Position numbers and translations under genes: made by a program. A model generated the notes under the pieces. That model searched no databases and had not been told where the DNA came from. It saw only the letters and a program-made list of their open reading frames with translations. A stretch of 64,000 bases of DNA from Lama glama (taxonomy: Eukaryota): positions 10,046,001 to 10,110,000 of the forward strand of contig CM052818.1 in the NCBI GenBank assembly GCA_028534125.1. Direction: 5' to 3'. Below are positions 37,831 through 51,000 of this stretch, piece after piece. Within the stretch, counting starts at the first letter, position 1. Each line of letters opens with the position of its first letter.

Positions 37831-40800
37831 CCGGGGCCTCACACTTTCATCCCTGCCTCTCTGTCCCTACTCGTACAGCCTCTCCTGGTCCAGCAGGACC
37901 CAGGGTGGCCCTCCTGGCTTCTTCTCAGAGACTCATGCTACTCCCAGTGCTTTTATGTGCGACAGCCTAAATGGCTTTTAGAGTTGGAGCTTGCTGGGGA
38001 AGATCCCAGAGCTCTCTGGGCCGTGCTAACCTAGGGATCCTGTGATAAAACCCAAACAACAACCAACCAACTGGACCATTGCAGAGGATGGTTGGGTTGC
38101 TTTGCCTCATTCTTTTTCATGTCCTCTGCCCTGTTTTGAGCAGGCCTTCCTGCTATGTTTCCTGATAGGGCTCCCGCAGTGTGGCTGTCCTAAAGTTCGC
38201 ACCATGTGCACGTGGAACATCTTGGCGTTTTTATCCAGATCACTGGGCATATGGTGTAGATGGGATTGGGGTGGTGGTGCCTCTCTCAGGGGCAGATGGT
38301 TCTTGAGAATTGATGGGCCCAACCTCTTCCTCTACCAGACGGGTTCTATTTTTAAAGACATTTCTCAATAGCCGGAAATCCTTCCCTTTGTCTACCTTAA
38401 ATCCCTCATGCTTCAGTTTAAACCCGTTTCCTCTTCATTCCAGAGAAGATGGAGTATCTCATCACCAGCTTTGGGTTGAAATCCCTCCTATTTTAGAATT
38501 TTGTCTCTACTCCCTGCCACTGCTCCTTCCTGAATAATCTCTAATCCCTAAACTTGAACTGTTATCTTTAAACCCATTTATTATTTTTGTACCTCTCTTA
38601 AGAACTTCCTAGTTTCCCAGATCTGTTACTCAAACATTAGTCTAATTACTGCCGAGTACAATGACAAGATGCCTTAGTGTTTTCCACGTTCCTTACTCCT
38701 ACCTTCGCACTTGGATATTGTGCTTGTTTTTAAAGAACCAGCACTTCATTGATGACTCTCACTCAGCTGGATGTCCACTAGGAATCCCATATCTTCATCA
38801 GCCACCTTCAAGTGCAGTTAAACTTTCACGCCCAACTGTACTGTTGCCACAACTCTCTCTTCCCAGACCCCCTTCTCTGTCCTTGTCCACATTGAACTTA
38901 GTTCTCTGCTGCTGTCCCAAGTTCCCTGGACACCTCTTTGCTTCACCAGGTGACGGAGAGTTATGATCCTGTCTCTGAAGGTGCCTCCTCCCTCTTGGCT
39001 CCTGTCCCAGTGACAACTTCATGGAGGCTGAGAAATACAGTGAGTGGCCTTTCTTGCCTCACTTACTGCTGGGGAGAGAGCTGTTCATAAGTTTCCGCTG
39101 ACATCTGGAGAACGTAGGTTTTGGAGAAGCAGAGCCCAGATTCCCCGCGAGCCAGCAGAGCCAATTCTTTTCTTGAGTTTCCAGAACAACCTGTGTTGTG
39201 ATAATAGGAGTTGGTCATTGTGTTTAACAGTAAAACAAAGCCCAGGTGCGCGTCATCAGCACGTCTTCTGTGCTGGGGTGAGGAGAGGCGGTCATGAGTG
39301 TGTAGGATGATATGAAGAGCATTACAGACATGGGAAAGCATCTGGGAGTACACAGACATGGCATGAATAATTGCAGGCGTATAGCCACAAGGCTGCGTTT
39401 TCTGTCCCTGCCTCCCCTTTTTGTACCTCAGTTCAGTCAGTGAAGACGGAAGTGAAGTGATGAGAAGAGGGACCACCCACCCTTCAGACTCCAAGGTGTT
39501 TGCAGCCCAGGACCCCTGTGTGGGTGTGGGCCCAGCAGAGCCCAGAGAACATCCCCTGATTGGATCTTTCTCCGACTGACTTACTCACTTCCAGTTCTGC
39601 CCAGCCCAGAGGTGACTTGGTAATCCCCGCAGTATGAACTCACGGTGGGCTCAGTGGTCTGGGAACTTCTGCCTCCGGTCTCAAGGCAGGAGCAGAAATG
39701 GGGCAGCTGGGAGGTGGGGTGATGAAAAGTCGGTTGGAAACCCCTCAGTCAGTGTCAGACCCTGGTTCCATCTGCCCCTCTGTGCACCGCCACATTCTCC
39801 TTGCTTGAAAGCACTGTGCTGTGTTTCGAGGAGGAAAGAAGTAGCCTGGTCCCACATACATGCGTTGAGGGCTTGTTTCGGGATTGCCTTCCCCGGAACT
39901 GAATCACCAAAGCCCTTTCTGCAGGTAACTAAGAATATCTGAGTGGGGACCTGGCTCAGGCCTGGCTGGTGCTCTTTGGAGGAAGCGTTGCTCTGGGATT
40001 CGTGGGAAGGCAGCCACAGGGTCCGTGTTGTCTTGTGGGTGTTGGTGTTTTCTCCTCCCCGAGCCATAACCTTTTTGAGAGCAGGGATCGCCTTTTATTT
40101 TGTGTGTTTTCATGCCCCACGTAATGCTGGTTCATTATGCTGTTTAATTCATACTTTGTTCTGGCTGATTGATTGGAAACTGAAAGGCCCGGCTTTGAAC
40201 TGGATGCCTTGGCTCCCTGACATGGAAAGGTGCTGAGGCAGGGCGACTTTATTCCCCCCCTTTCTCCCTGTGGAGACGATGAGAAAGCTTGGGGTTGGGG
40301 TAAGGAATGGTGTCTTCACGGCCTTCACTCCGCAGCCGCCTTTTCTCTTGGCCAAGCAGTGAGCCCTCTGCTTCTAGCTCCAGCTCCTTCTTACCTGAGA
40401 GCGGGTGTGGGGAGGCTCCTTAGGGCTGGGCCAACACTGGGGAAGGCAGCTGAGGGGCCCCCTGGGGGTGTGGGAAGCTGGGAGCCACCCACTGCAGAAG
40501 CCTGGAGCTTACCAGGAGGGAGAATGGCCTGCCTTCAGAGGGACTGAGTCCTGCCCTCCTCACAGCTCTGGCTGACGCTGGGTTGGCTTTGAAGGGTGAG
40601 TCTCTATTTTTGTTTCGTGTATGTGTGTGCAAGACCTTAGATATTTGAGTAGGGAAGTCCTCTCTTCCGGTTACCCTGTTCAGTGTGTTGCAGAGAGAGT
40701 CATCCAGAACAACTAGATGTATTTGCACGACTCTGATTTCTTTCATAAGAAGAAAGAATCTCAATTGAATTGTGTGTGTCGGTGGCTTGCTCTCCAAGTC

Positions 40801-42227
40801 CCAGGGCTGTCCAGAAGTAGTGGGTTGCTCAGCAGGGCCAGGCTGGGGCTCACTGTCCTGTCAGTGGCCAGGGCAGCCCGCAGCCTTCTGGTTCAGCTGT
40901 GGTCTTTCTCGTGTGCTCCCACCTGCACCCCGGGGGTGGCCCAGCACATTCCCCTTGGAGAGCCATTGGGAGCGCTGCTGGCTGGAAGTCCCCCAAGGTA
41001 TTGGTAGCACGTGCCCTCTTCGGAGGTGTTGGCCCAGCTGTTCTCCACTCTAAAGCTGAGTCTTGCTTCTGATTTCCTGATACCTGCGTGGTGGGGGTGT
41101 CAGTTGTGGTGGGAGACGTTTTTCCAATCCTGGCCAGGGATGAGTCAGTTGTGCTGTAGGTGGGAGTGGGCAGCCAGCCCTTGGAGTGTGGGGGCATCCA
41201 GAAGGGAGAGGGCAGGACAGGGAATATCCCAGCAGGACTTGAAGATATGCTCCAAAAAGAGAGGAAAAGCAGGCGTTCTTGCCAGAGGCCGACCTAGCAC
41301 CCACGCCTGCAGAAGGTGCTCCCCGGGGTGGTTGGCTCCAGGGCAGTGGGCAGTGACCTCTGCTGCAGAGTAGCCAAGAGGGGGACATAGAAGCAGCTTC
41401 TTGCTTATCATCTGGCAGTGAATGCACCTGAGGAGTGGGCCCCTGGGGGCAGGAACTCCATCTAGTGCCTCTCCTAGGACCAGATTCTTTGTCCCTTCCT
41501 TGTCCCACATTCTCCCATCTTGGAGAAGTGTTGGCTGCCTGGACCCTGGGGCTGGCGGGGGTGAGCCTCAAACCTACTTAAAGCAGCACGTGAGTCCCTT
41601 ACTCTGATCATCCTCCTCCCGGGCGAGGGCCTTGCAAAGAGTAGTGCTGGATAAGAAAGAGAAAGTCATTCACCACCCTTCAGCAATGCTATGTGGATTT
41701 TGGTCGGGGGTGGGTGAGTCCTCAAACCCTTCCCCAAAGGTGACTGTCCTGTGGGCTGTCCTTTCTCTGCCTCTCTCAGAGGTAACCAGAAGTGGTGGTG
41801 TGGTCAAATGTGGCTCGTCAGCTGTTGCCCTGGGTGTTCGTTTTTGGGTGAGATTCATCTCTGAGATAGCTCACGGGTAGAACTCCTTTCTCTGTGTGTC
41901 ATCGAGTGGCTGCCATGTGGGTGGGCCGCGTGGTCAAGTGTGTGCTTTCGCTGTAGATGCGTGTTGCAGTAAAACCTGCCTGTTCTCCCACCCCTCGTTA
42001 AAGGTGACTCATAGTTGAGAAACTGAAAGAAAATAAACTGACTTCACCGACTGTGAACCTCTCCAGGCTCCGAACCAATTTTAAGTAACCTGGGGATGCC
42101 CTGGTGTCTACATCAGTGAAGCCTCTTAAATGAGCTCAGCAGCGTGAAGTGATTGGAGGTTTTTATTTCCACAGGATCAAAGAATTAGAGCTGAGAGGAG
42201 AAGCAGATGCCATTAATCTCATTTTTA

Positions 42228-42357
42228 AAATTCCACATGTGTTTAATTGAACACTTATTCTAATGCCCAACACTGTGTTGGCTGTGTTGGGTGCTGGAGA
42301 TACACAGGTGAGCGAGACCAGGCAGGTGCTCTCTCTTGAAGACTTCTCATCTGGTAG
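42228..42357 (-). mobile_element. L2 3'-end fragment
   Basis: tttaattgaacacttattcta...gtgttgggtgctggagatacacaggtga...ctctcttgaagacttctcatctggt pattern. Confidence 0.6.
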
Positions 42358-42396
42358 ACACGTGTGTGTGTGTGTGTGTGTGTGTGTTAGACACGT

Positions 42397-42430
<34 letters not shown>
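42355..42430. repeat. Compound microsatellite: two units of TAGACACGT followed by (GT)n
   Basis: TAGACACGT at 42355-42363 and 42388-42396, each followed by a GT run. Confidence 0.9.
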
Positions 42431-42431
<1 letters not shown>

Positions 42432-44102
42432 GTGCATGCACGGGGGGCAAATCCCTTATAGCTGAGAGCCAGGCACGCAGCTGGAAAATCTAAAGAACCT
42501 GGGCCAAGAGAGGTGAAGCACATCAGGCAACCGCCTTTAGCAACTCAGCAGAGTTAGATGTGGGGTCTAGGTGCCTTCTGAATCACCCGCTTTAAAGCGT
42601 CCCAGGTCAGCAGGCTTCCTCTTCCCACAGCTCTCCAGGGAAGCTGCATGCAAAGCTGCCTTTGCAGACTCCTCAAGCCAGTGTGTCTTATCCTTCCAAG
42701 TTGTTTGGATAAAGCTGGAGGCCCAGATGGCTGCACACTTACTCCTTTTGGAGTTGCTGAGATGCTTGTGTTTCCTGGAGAGTTACTGTATCTTTGGCCC
42801 AGTTAGTACTAAGTACTGAGCCGGATCTTTTGCCTTTGAACACTTATCCTGATTATTGGAAAGACAACTTGGTAGTTGGGTGTAGCAGATGAAGCACCTC
42901 ATATTCTTACTTGTTTGTTTGGAAAGAAAAAAAAATACCCACTTGCTTTACCATCTTTCTTCTTGGAAACAGAGTGCACAAAGCTTAGAGAATTAATGGC
43001 ACCCCCCCACCATGTCTTACATTACGAGCTTCTTCTATGCCTATTGCATTTTCAACTTATTACGGCTTTTCTATGGCTCGGAAAATCCCTTGACTGAGTG
43101 ATGATTGTTTTCGTGAAACGGTGCAACATGTAAAGCAATGGTTGTCATTAATAGTGCAGTTATGTAGACTGTAGCTCTTTAAGCCTTCAGTTTCAAATCA
43201 GATTAGCGCTCTGTTAACTTAAAATAGCCCCCAAAAAGAAGAAAGAAGGAAAGAAAAAGAACTGTCGGAAATCAGAGGGAAATATTAGCATTATGAAACA
43301 TGTTAACAAGTGGCCATTAGCACTTTATGTCTGCATGAATAGCATCTTTAAGTGTTTTATTGGTAACAGAATAGAGTGGAGTCACAGAGAATGGCATTAC
43401 TTTTCAAATTGGCAAGTTCTTTAAATTCAGACTTCTCCTTGTTATTGCCTACCAGGGAGCATTTATTCACCTGTCAAAATGTATGCCAGGGTGGGAAAAG
43501 GTACTTTCACTTTTCTGGCTGATCCCGGGCTCTCAGGTGTGAGGGATTTGTCCTCTCACCGCGGCCCCCTCCACGCCCTCCCCACCAGGAGGAGGGAGAG
43601 CCTGAAGGCGCACGTGGAGGAGGAGTAACCCCGTGCAGGAAGCTGGCTCCTCCGGGCTTTGTGCCTGGCCCGGGGCCCAGGCCTCGCACTGGTGTACGTG
43701 CTGCCTCTCAGTGTGCCTGGACATGGGCTTGCTCAGGGAATGTGTGCGGGGACCACCGAGCTGGGGTAGCTGTGAAGGTTGGCACCTCCCCATGTTCTTA
43801 GCCTCCTTCCCTTCTGGAGACTTCTCATAAGCCTTAGGGGAAAGTCTGTAATTTGGTCTTGACTGGCCCCTCTCAAGAGTCCCCCCCCCCCACCAATTCT
43901 TCTTCCTCTCCCCAAACCCGCTGAACCCCTCCATTTATATTACAAGGTGAGATACTGTTCCCCCTGGGCCTCAAGGCTGTTGGGGGAAATGAAATTTGGC
44001 TCAAACTCAAACTCCAAAGCCCAGGTGCACCCAGGTCAGGCTGCCTAGTGGTTTTACAGATACAGTGGTGAGTGGCCTCCTGGCAGTTTGGGATTCGGGA
44101 GG

Positions 44103-44920
44103 TTCACTCATTCATTTTTCAACAATTTTTTTGAACACTTTGCCACATGCCAGGAACTGTTCTTGGGGTTGGGCATATAGCAATGATCAAAGCATTCAAA
44201 TGCCCTGCTCTTGTGGCTCCTGTCCTAGCTGGGGAGACAGACGGCAAATGAATAAACAGGTGAGTTACAGCGCGCGTCAGAAGAAGACGGCCACACTGCT
44301 TTGGAAAGAAAATGGGGACTGTGTGGTGGGCATGTTTTTAATAGGATAGTTAGGGGTGGCCGCAGTGAGAAGCAAGGCTCCCAGGAAGTGAGGCAATCGC
44401 CCTGTGGGTTTCTGGGGGAAGGGGGTTCCTAGCTGACTGGGCAGTGGATCTGAAGTCTGCCTGGCTGTTGAGGAGGAGGGGCCCAGGAGTGGAAGGTGTA
44501 AAGGAGTGGGGTGGGAGCTGGGGTCCGAGGGAAGGAGACCAGCGCCAGCCTGTAGGCCATTGTGAGGACTCTGGCTTTGACCCCTCGAGAGATGGAAGCC
44601 ACTGGAGGAGTGGCATCGTGTGATTTAGTTTTCAGAAGGTCACTTGGGCTGCTTTTTGAGACCTGAGTGTGGGGAGGTAGGGCAGAAGCAGTCAGGAGGC
44701 TTCACCAAAATCCAGGGAAGATGATGGCAGCTTCGACCAGGGTGGTAGGAATGTGAGAAGGGGCTGGATTCTGGACGTATTTTGAAGATAAAACCAACAG
44801 CATTTGCTGACAGATTGGACATGGAAGAGAGGAATTAAGGTGGACCCTAAGATGTTTGGCCCAGTGACTGGAAGGATGGAGTCGCTGTTTTCTGGGGTGG
44901 AAGGCATTGGAGGTACTTGG
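44103..44920 (-). mobile_element. L2 LINE fragment(s)
   Basis: Begins with the reverse-complement L2 tail ttcactcattcatttttcaacaa. Body has L2-typical gccattgtgaggactctggcttt, gggaagatgatggc, ggattctggacgtattttgaagataaaaccaacagcatttgctgacagattgga. Confidence 0.8.
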
Positions 44921-44959
44921 GAGGATGGAGTGCTCAGCCCAAGCTGTGGGGCGGGTTCT

Positions 44960-45055
44960 CCTCCTTCCTCCCCTTCCCCTCCTCCCACTCCTGCCCGCCT
45001 CTCCCCTCCTTCTCCCCGCCTCCCCCTCCTCCTCCTCTTCTCCCTCCTCTTCCGC
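44960..45055. repeat. C/T-rich (CCT)n-like low-complexity tract
   Basis: Read directly. Confidence 0.8.
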
Positions 45056-48000
45056 TTAGGGCTGTGGGTGTAGACTTCCCCTGTTGGGGAAGCATTGGGA
45101 GGGAAGGGAGAGTGGTCCTCATGGGGCAGTTAGGAGAGCTCTAGTAGACGCCTTGTAGCCACGATGACGCATGTCAATCTCTAACTGTAGTCTGTCAGGG
45201 AAGGTGTTTTCCTGAACTTTTTACTCAGTTTCCTTCTATATTTTTCTTCAGCTTCCAGAGACAACTTTTGATTCAGAAATGTGTACTTTGCTTCTTACCT
45301 TTCTTTCCCTGAGCTTGTTTTCTCAGAGTTCAGGTAAATCATCAGGGCTGCACGTGGACCATGGGATTTGGAACTAGGTATATAAGCTGCTTCTTGCCCT
45401 GGACGTCACCCTCTCCAGGTGCCTAAAGTGCGTCAGGAATCCGCTGCCATGGTGTCTTGCGCCTCCAGAGAGTCCTTTTCCGAAGATGTCTTTGTGTCTT
45501 TGCTGTGCTCAGGTCTGCTGGTCAGCCCGGGGTTTGGAATTTCATATGGAAACCCGTTGTCCTCCTTTACTCAGGTCCTCCTCCTCCCTTTCCCCATTCC
45601 TGGAAAGAAGTTGGCTGGCAGATAGAGTGTTTTTCCTTGAAAGGAGAGTGGAGAGCCCTCTAATGGAAAAGTGAAATAATTCTTGGAATCCTCATAACAC
45701 CCAAGCTGGCCAAGGCTGAGACCAAGTAAATTATTTGGAGATAATTTGCAACGGCCTGAATCAAACAAATTGCTTTCTGCCCTGGACTCCGCTTGAATGT
45801 TTAGTCCAGAAGCTGGTGATTTTTTTTAGCAGTCTGATGAGAAATAGGAGCCAGTGCTTCTATCTGAGCCACCTTTGTTTGGAGGGGGTCTTGGAGGTTT
45901 TAGGGCTCACAGGGGAGCATCTTTTGTTAGCAGTAGGTTCCTTATCATACGAGGAGCTCCTTTGCCCTCAAGTCTCCAGGAAGATCTTAAATGGCAGCAT
46001 TCAGAGCCTGAGTTGCACAACCCTCAAGGCAGGCCTTAGTTTTCAATCTCCCTTATGGTGCTGGCTTTGCCACACGTAGAACAAATTATTCTAGAATCAT
46101 AGGAGACCCAAGGGACAGCTCGTAGAACAGTCTAGGCCTCCAGCCCAGAGGTCTAGCCCTGTTGTCAAAGAGATTCTTAGGGAGACCCAAGGGCCTCTAG
46201 CCACTCCCATGGCCCCAGGTGTACGAGCACCAGCCTCTTCCTGAGCCAAGCTGAGGCCAGTTCCTGACATCTTTCTCTCAGCCACACCTGTCTGTGACCA
46301 GTTTGCTGAAGTGGAAATTCCCAGAGACCAGTTTCCGTCCTTTGCCCAGCAGTCATATTCTTCCCACCTTGGAGGAAAGCAGAGTCCTTTTCAGAAAGGG
46401 AAGAGTCCCACACAGTTCCACGTTGGCCATTCCGTGCCTCCTCACCATATTCCTTTAGAAATGTGTCTTGGGGGTGCTTGTCTCCCAGCAACTGAAAACC
46501 TCCTCAGTTTTGTAAATCTCATACTCAGTAACTGGGCTGCATGTGGCCCACTTAACCGCTGCAGGGAGAGTGGTCTGGGGAGAATTCTGTGTCCCCAAAA
46601 AGCTTTTCTCTGGCTCCTCTTTCACGTTCAAGCCTTCTCCACCACATTCTAAAACAAGTGTGGCTGAGTTTGCATTTTCTCTTACTTTTTTTATGTGTAT
46701 AATTTTTTGCAATTGTTGTTTGGGAAAGAGGGTAGACGACCCTGGGGCAGTCAGCACGTTAGGTGGCTCTTGGCTCCCTGACATGAATAACTGCTTAGCT
46801 GTTGCGCAACTACTTTTGTTTGTGAAATAAAGGGCAGTAAGCACCATGATATGAGAGAATTTCAGGTTTATTGTGATTTCTTTTTTGTGTTTGCATCTGT
46901 CCTCAGTTAGGGCATTACCCGTAAACCCATAGGAACCCACACCGAAGACCGAAGACCATATGATTTTAAAGCTTTAGAAATCTGCATGTATAATATGTCT
47001 TTTGTGAAATTTTTTTTGTTCTTTTGCTTTAGAAACTGTAACAATAATCCATAGTAATTATCCCATAGTATGCTGTCCTTTGTTACAGGAGCACTGGATT
47101 AGTGTGAAAACGTGTCCTGTATACAGTTTCAACAGCTTGATTTTGCTTCTTCCCCCCGCCCCCCTTTCTGTCTTGTGCTATTTGGAAGACAGTTTCCACA
47201 TTTCTGCCATATGTCTTAGAGAAGCTCAGGACTTAGAGGCAGTAGCAGACTTAGGACGGCGAGCTTAGTTCAGGTGGGGAGGCAGCCCTGTCTGACAGGG
47301 ACTGTTATGCAGACAGTGAGCTGTTGAAACAGCTGCATTTGGAAATAGTGCTTCCCCCTTGCCTGCCCTCTTTTCTTGAGAGACTCCAAAGCATCTGAAA
47401 ATGCCAAAGCACTTCACCAGGTTTTAACTTTTCTGGCTCGAACAGAAGCAGCTTCAAATCAACATGAGCCCAGCAGTCTTTGTATGTTTCGTACACATTT
47501 TTCCAGCTTTTCAAGAAAGACAAGACTTTTCTTTTTTTTTCTTTCTGTTTCTGTCTCTTCTCCTTTTCTTTCTCCCTCTTCCGTCCTTCCTTCCTTCTTT
47601 CCTCTCCACTCCCCCCCCTTCTTCCTTTCCTTCTTTGCCTTGTTTGCATTCTGCTGAACTGGAAGAGCATTTAATCCTTGGCCTTCTGTCTGTTGAGATA
47701 TTATGTTTTTTTAATAGTGCTTGTTTATGACTAAGGTCAAAGACAGTATTTCAGAACAAAAATTAGAGTTAGTTCATAATTGAGTACATATGTATGTAAC
47801 TGTTTATTTTTATAGTTTGCTAATTTATTTTTAAACAGCTCAGTTATGCCAACATGTTTATAGCTTCGTTCATCACATGCCTTACCAGTCAGGGTGTTAA
47901 AAGGCACATGCTTTTCAATAGTTTGGTTCCCAAGTTAAATTAGATAATGCCATCAGGTAGCAATTTAATTACATTAATTGAATGTTTAGGTGGAAAGGTA

Positions 48001-51000
48001 GTTTTGTAGAGGCTATAATGAAATAACATTTATAAATACACATGTATAAATCTTAGCATTATAGACATTATTTGAGGTGGCTGACAGGAAAATGGACATA
48101 TATCAGGCATTTAGAAGGAAACGTGAGGGGGCTCTCTCATCAGTGGTAGACGCTGCCTTCCCAATGCAGGAGGCTGCCGGGCACGGCCATTTCCTTCGTG
48201 AGCTGCCTTTATCACTAGTCCTCTGAGCAGAGCCACGCAGAGGCACTTGGGTGCGTTTTGTATAGCCAGGGCTTTCCTGGGAGGCAGCCGGCCAACCTGG
48301 GGCCAGCTCACTGAGCCTGAAAAGGCAAGACGCATTCTCGTGAGATCTTTGTCACCTTGGAGGGCCGAGGCTTGGCACACTTGGGTCTCTCTCTCTCTCC
48401 GTGGCACTCCAAGCCAGCTTCGTCCGGAATCCGAGGAGGGCTGTCCCGAGGTTTAAGGCATTTTACAGCCCAGGATGGAAGCCGCTGCCAGAGCCCTGGG
48501 GCATACCATGTGGCAGGTTCGCCCACAGCTCTTGCCAGTGAAGGTGACTTCCTCTGCTGCAGGGGGACTTAAACGAGGGGCCAGAGCCCCAGCCCCTGCT
48601 CAGCTGCCTTCCCTCCATGCCCTTGGCAAAATGACAAGCGTTGGGCTAATATGACAAGCTCTTTGGGCCCCAGTGTTCTTTCCCGTCTCCCTGTGATATA
48701 GTGCGGAGGGTGTCAAATGAGGGCTAGCAAAATGGGAATTTAGGTGTGCTGACAACAGATCCTTTGCCTGTGAGTAATTCATTGTCTTCTGACACCATCT
48801 GGCTTCACTTAGGCTCTGAAGCCTGGTGTGGTGTCCCGAACTGCGCAACACCCTCCATGGGTTATTCCCCAAATGTCCCGTGCCTCCCGCCCAGCTGCTG
48901 CGGATAAATCAGGTACGCCTGCTGTGACTCCTGGGTGTTTGTTTGCTGGGGGCAAATTCTTTTACCTACTGCTGTTTTGGGAATACTGTCCCCCTCCGTC
49001 AGGTAGCGATGTTCTTGGCGATACCTGTAATTGGCCCATTCTCTTTAGGAGTCAGCCACAGCCTCGAATGACTTGGTCTGAAATTAAAGACCCAGAGGGA
49101 GGATTACCCATCCTCATCACAGAGCAGCAGCCTTGTGTCCACCACCTCTGGGAGGTGGGGGCGGGCGGGCGGGGTTCTGATTTCATAACACTCTTGCCTT
49201 GGTGGCCTGAAGGTCTCTGTCCCTTGAAGGGGAGCTGAGGGAGCTGGAAGGAAGAGTGGGAGGTGTGCCTTTAAGGGAAAGGAGGCCTGCTGGTTGGGAC
49301 ACGAAGGGAAAGGTGGGTGGGTTTGGCCCCCGAGGGAAGGACAGGAAGGCTCTCATTCAGAGGTGGATGCAGTGTTTGTCCAGCTGAAAGCAGCCCCACT
49401 CGGTTGACTACCTGATGAATGATATCCCCCAAGCTGACAGCTGCTCCAGCACATTTCACCTGCAAGTCCTGACAAAGTGGTGTGTTCTTGTGGGGCTGTT
49501 GTTGCTGCAGCAGGCATTTGGAGGAATCTGGAAGAATGGAGCTGCAAAGGACGGCCTGGAAGCAATCTCCCAGTGTCTGTTCCTTCCCTTCTTGCCATCC
49601 CTCTAGGTTTTTTTGGTTTATGAGGCATTGGGCCCATCCCTTTCAAATATCCATTGTGCTCTTAACAATGGGGCCAGAAATAAGATCACGGTATGTGTTT
49701 ATGGTTCTGGAATAAGCCCTTGGGTGAGCCCTTGTCATATCTGAGTCTCCCCTCCTGAGTAACCTTGTGAAGAGACAGAGGGAGAGGTGGTGTCTGAAGC
49801 CCAGAGAGGTTAAAGGGCACGTCTGGTCTCACACAGCTTCAGGGATACACTTAGGATTTGGACCCAGGCCTTCTGAGTCCACAGCCCACCCGCAAGGCAG
49901 ACGGGGGGCTGGGAAGGCTTCAGAGCAGGGGATCGTGCCGGGGAGCTCACTGGTAGGGGAGGCAGGTAACAGGAAATAGTTTGATCTTTGAGGGTTCTCA
50001 GGGACCGCAATGTGCCTGACATTCAGGTTTTCTATATAATTTCAAGAATTTATTGCCATAGTCCCAAAGCACCAGGGGCGATGTTAACTTGGAGCAGGTC
50101 TCAGTAAATACCTCAGGCACAGTTCCCGGGGAGCAGCAGCACCTGTTTCTTGGGCTTATCCCCAACCTGCTGCAATGCTGAGTGAAGGCTCTGAGGAGGA
50201 GGGTTTAGGGGAGACAGACGTGGAGCACCCTCAGCCTTCCGTTTGCCTTTTGCTATAGACTGGACTTTTCCTGGGTTCCAGGATGCTGAGGTCCCATTTC
50301 AAGGAGAACATTAGTGTAAATGTAAAACCACAGGCAGTTGGAGGGTGACTCCTTTGTTTTCTTCTACGTTTTCTCCCTGGGAGAGTGAATTGGTGGGGTG
50401 GAAGGTTCAAGGGTGTAATATTCTGGCGTTCAGATTGGTGGCCTCCTCTGCCTTTGCAGTGGGTGGCTGGGCTGGGTGAGCCCCGAGGCGGCTTAGAAAG
50501 GGAAGGGTGGACCTGACAGACCTCTGGAAACTTCATCATCGCTCCTGCATGTGTGCCAGCAGGCGACTGTGCATGGATGGCTGGGGAGACCACCGTGCAG
50601 TGTGAGCCCCGGGCCCTGGTTCTCTTTGTGCCAAGGCTTGGTAGGCCCCTCTGTTGTTTTGACTGTGGAGCTCTGCCAGGCAAGTGTGAGTAGAAAAGGA
50701 GACCAGGGCCCTATGGCACAGGGGCAGTGAAGGCTCATTGAGAGTTTCAGGGTTCTCAGACTGCCACCCAAAACTGAGAACGCTTCCAGCAGGCAGTGGG
50801 AAATTCTGGGTTTTGGTCTAATTGAGTCTTGACACTCAAAATCCCTTCCTTCCCTCCTTCCTTCCTTCCTTGTTTGGTTTGATTGAGCCTTAACACTCAG
50901 TGTCATTCATTCTCTCTCTTCTTTCCTTCCTTTTAAAAATCAATAAAACAGTCAAATCAATTTTCAGAAGGTTTAGATGAGTGCAAATTATTGTTTAATT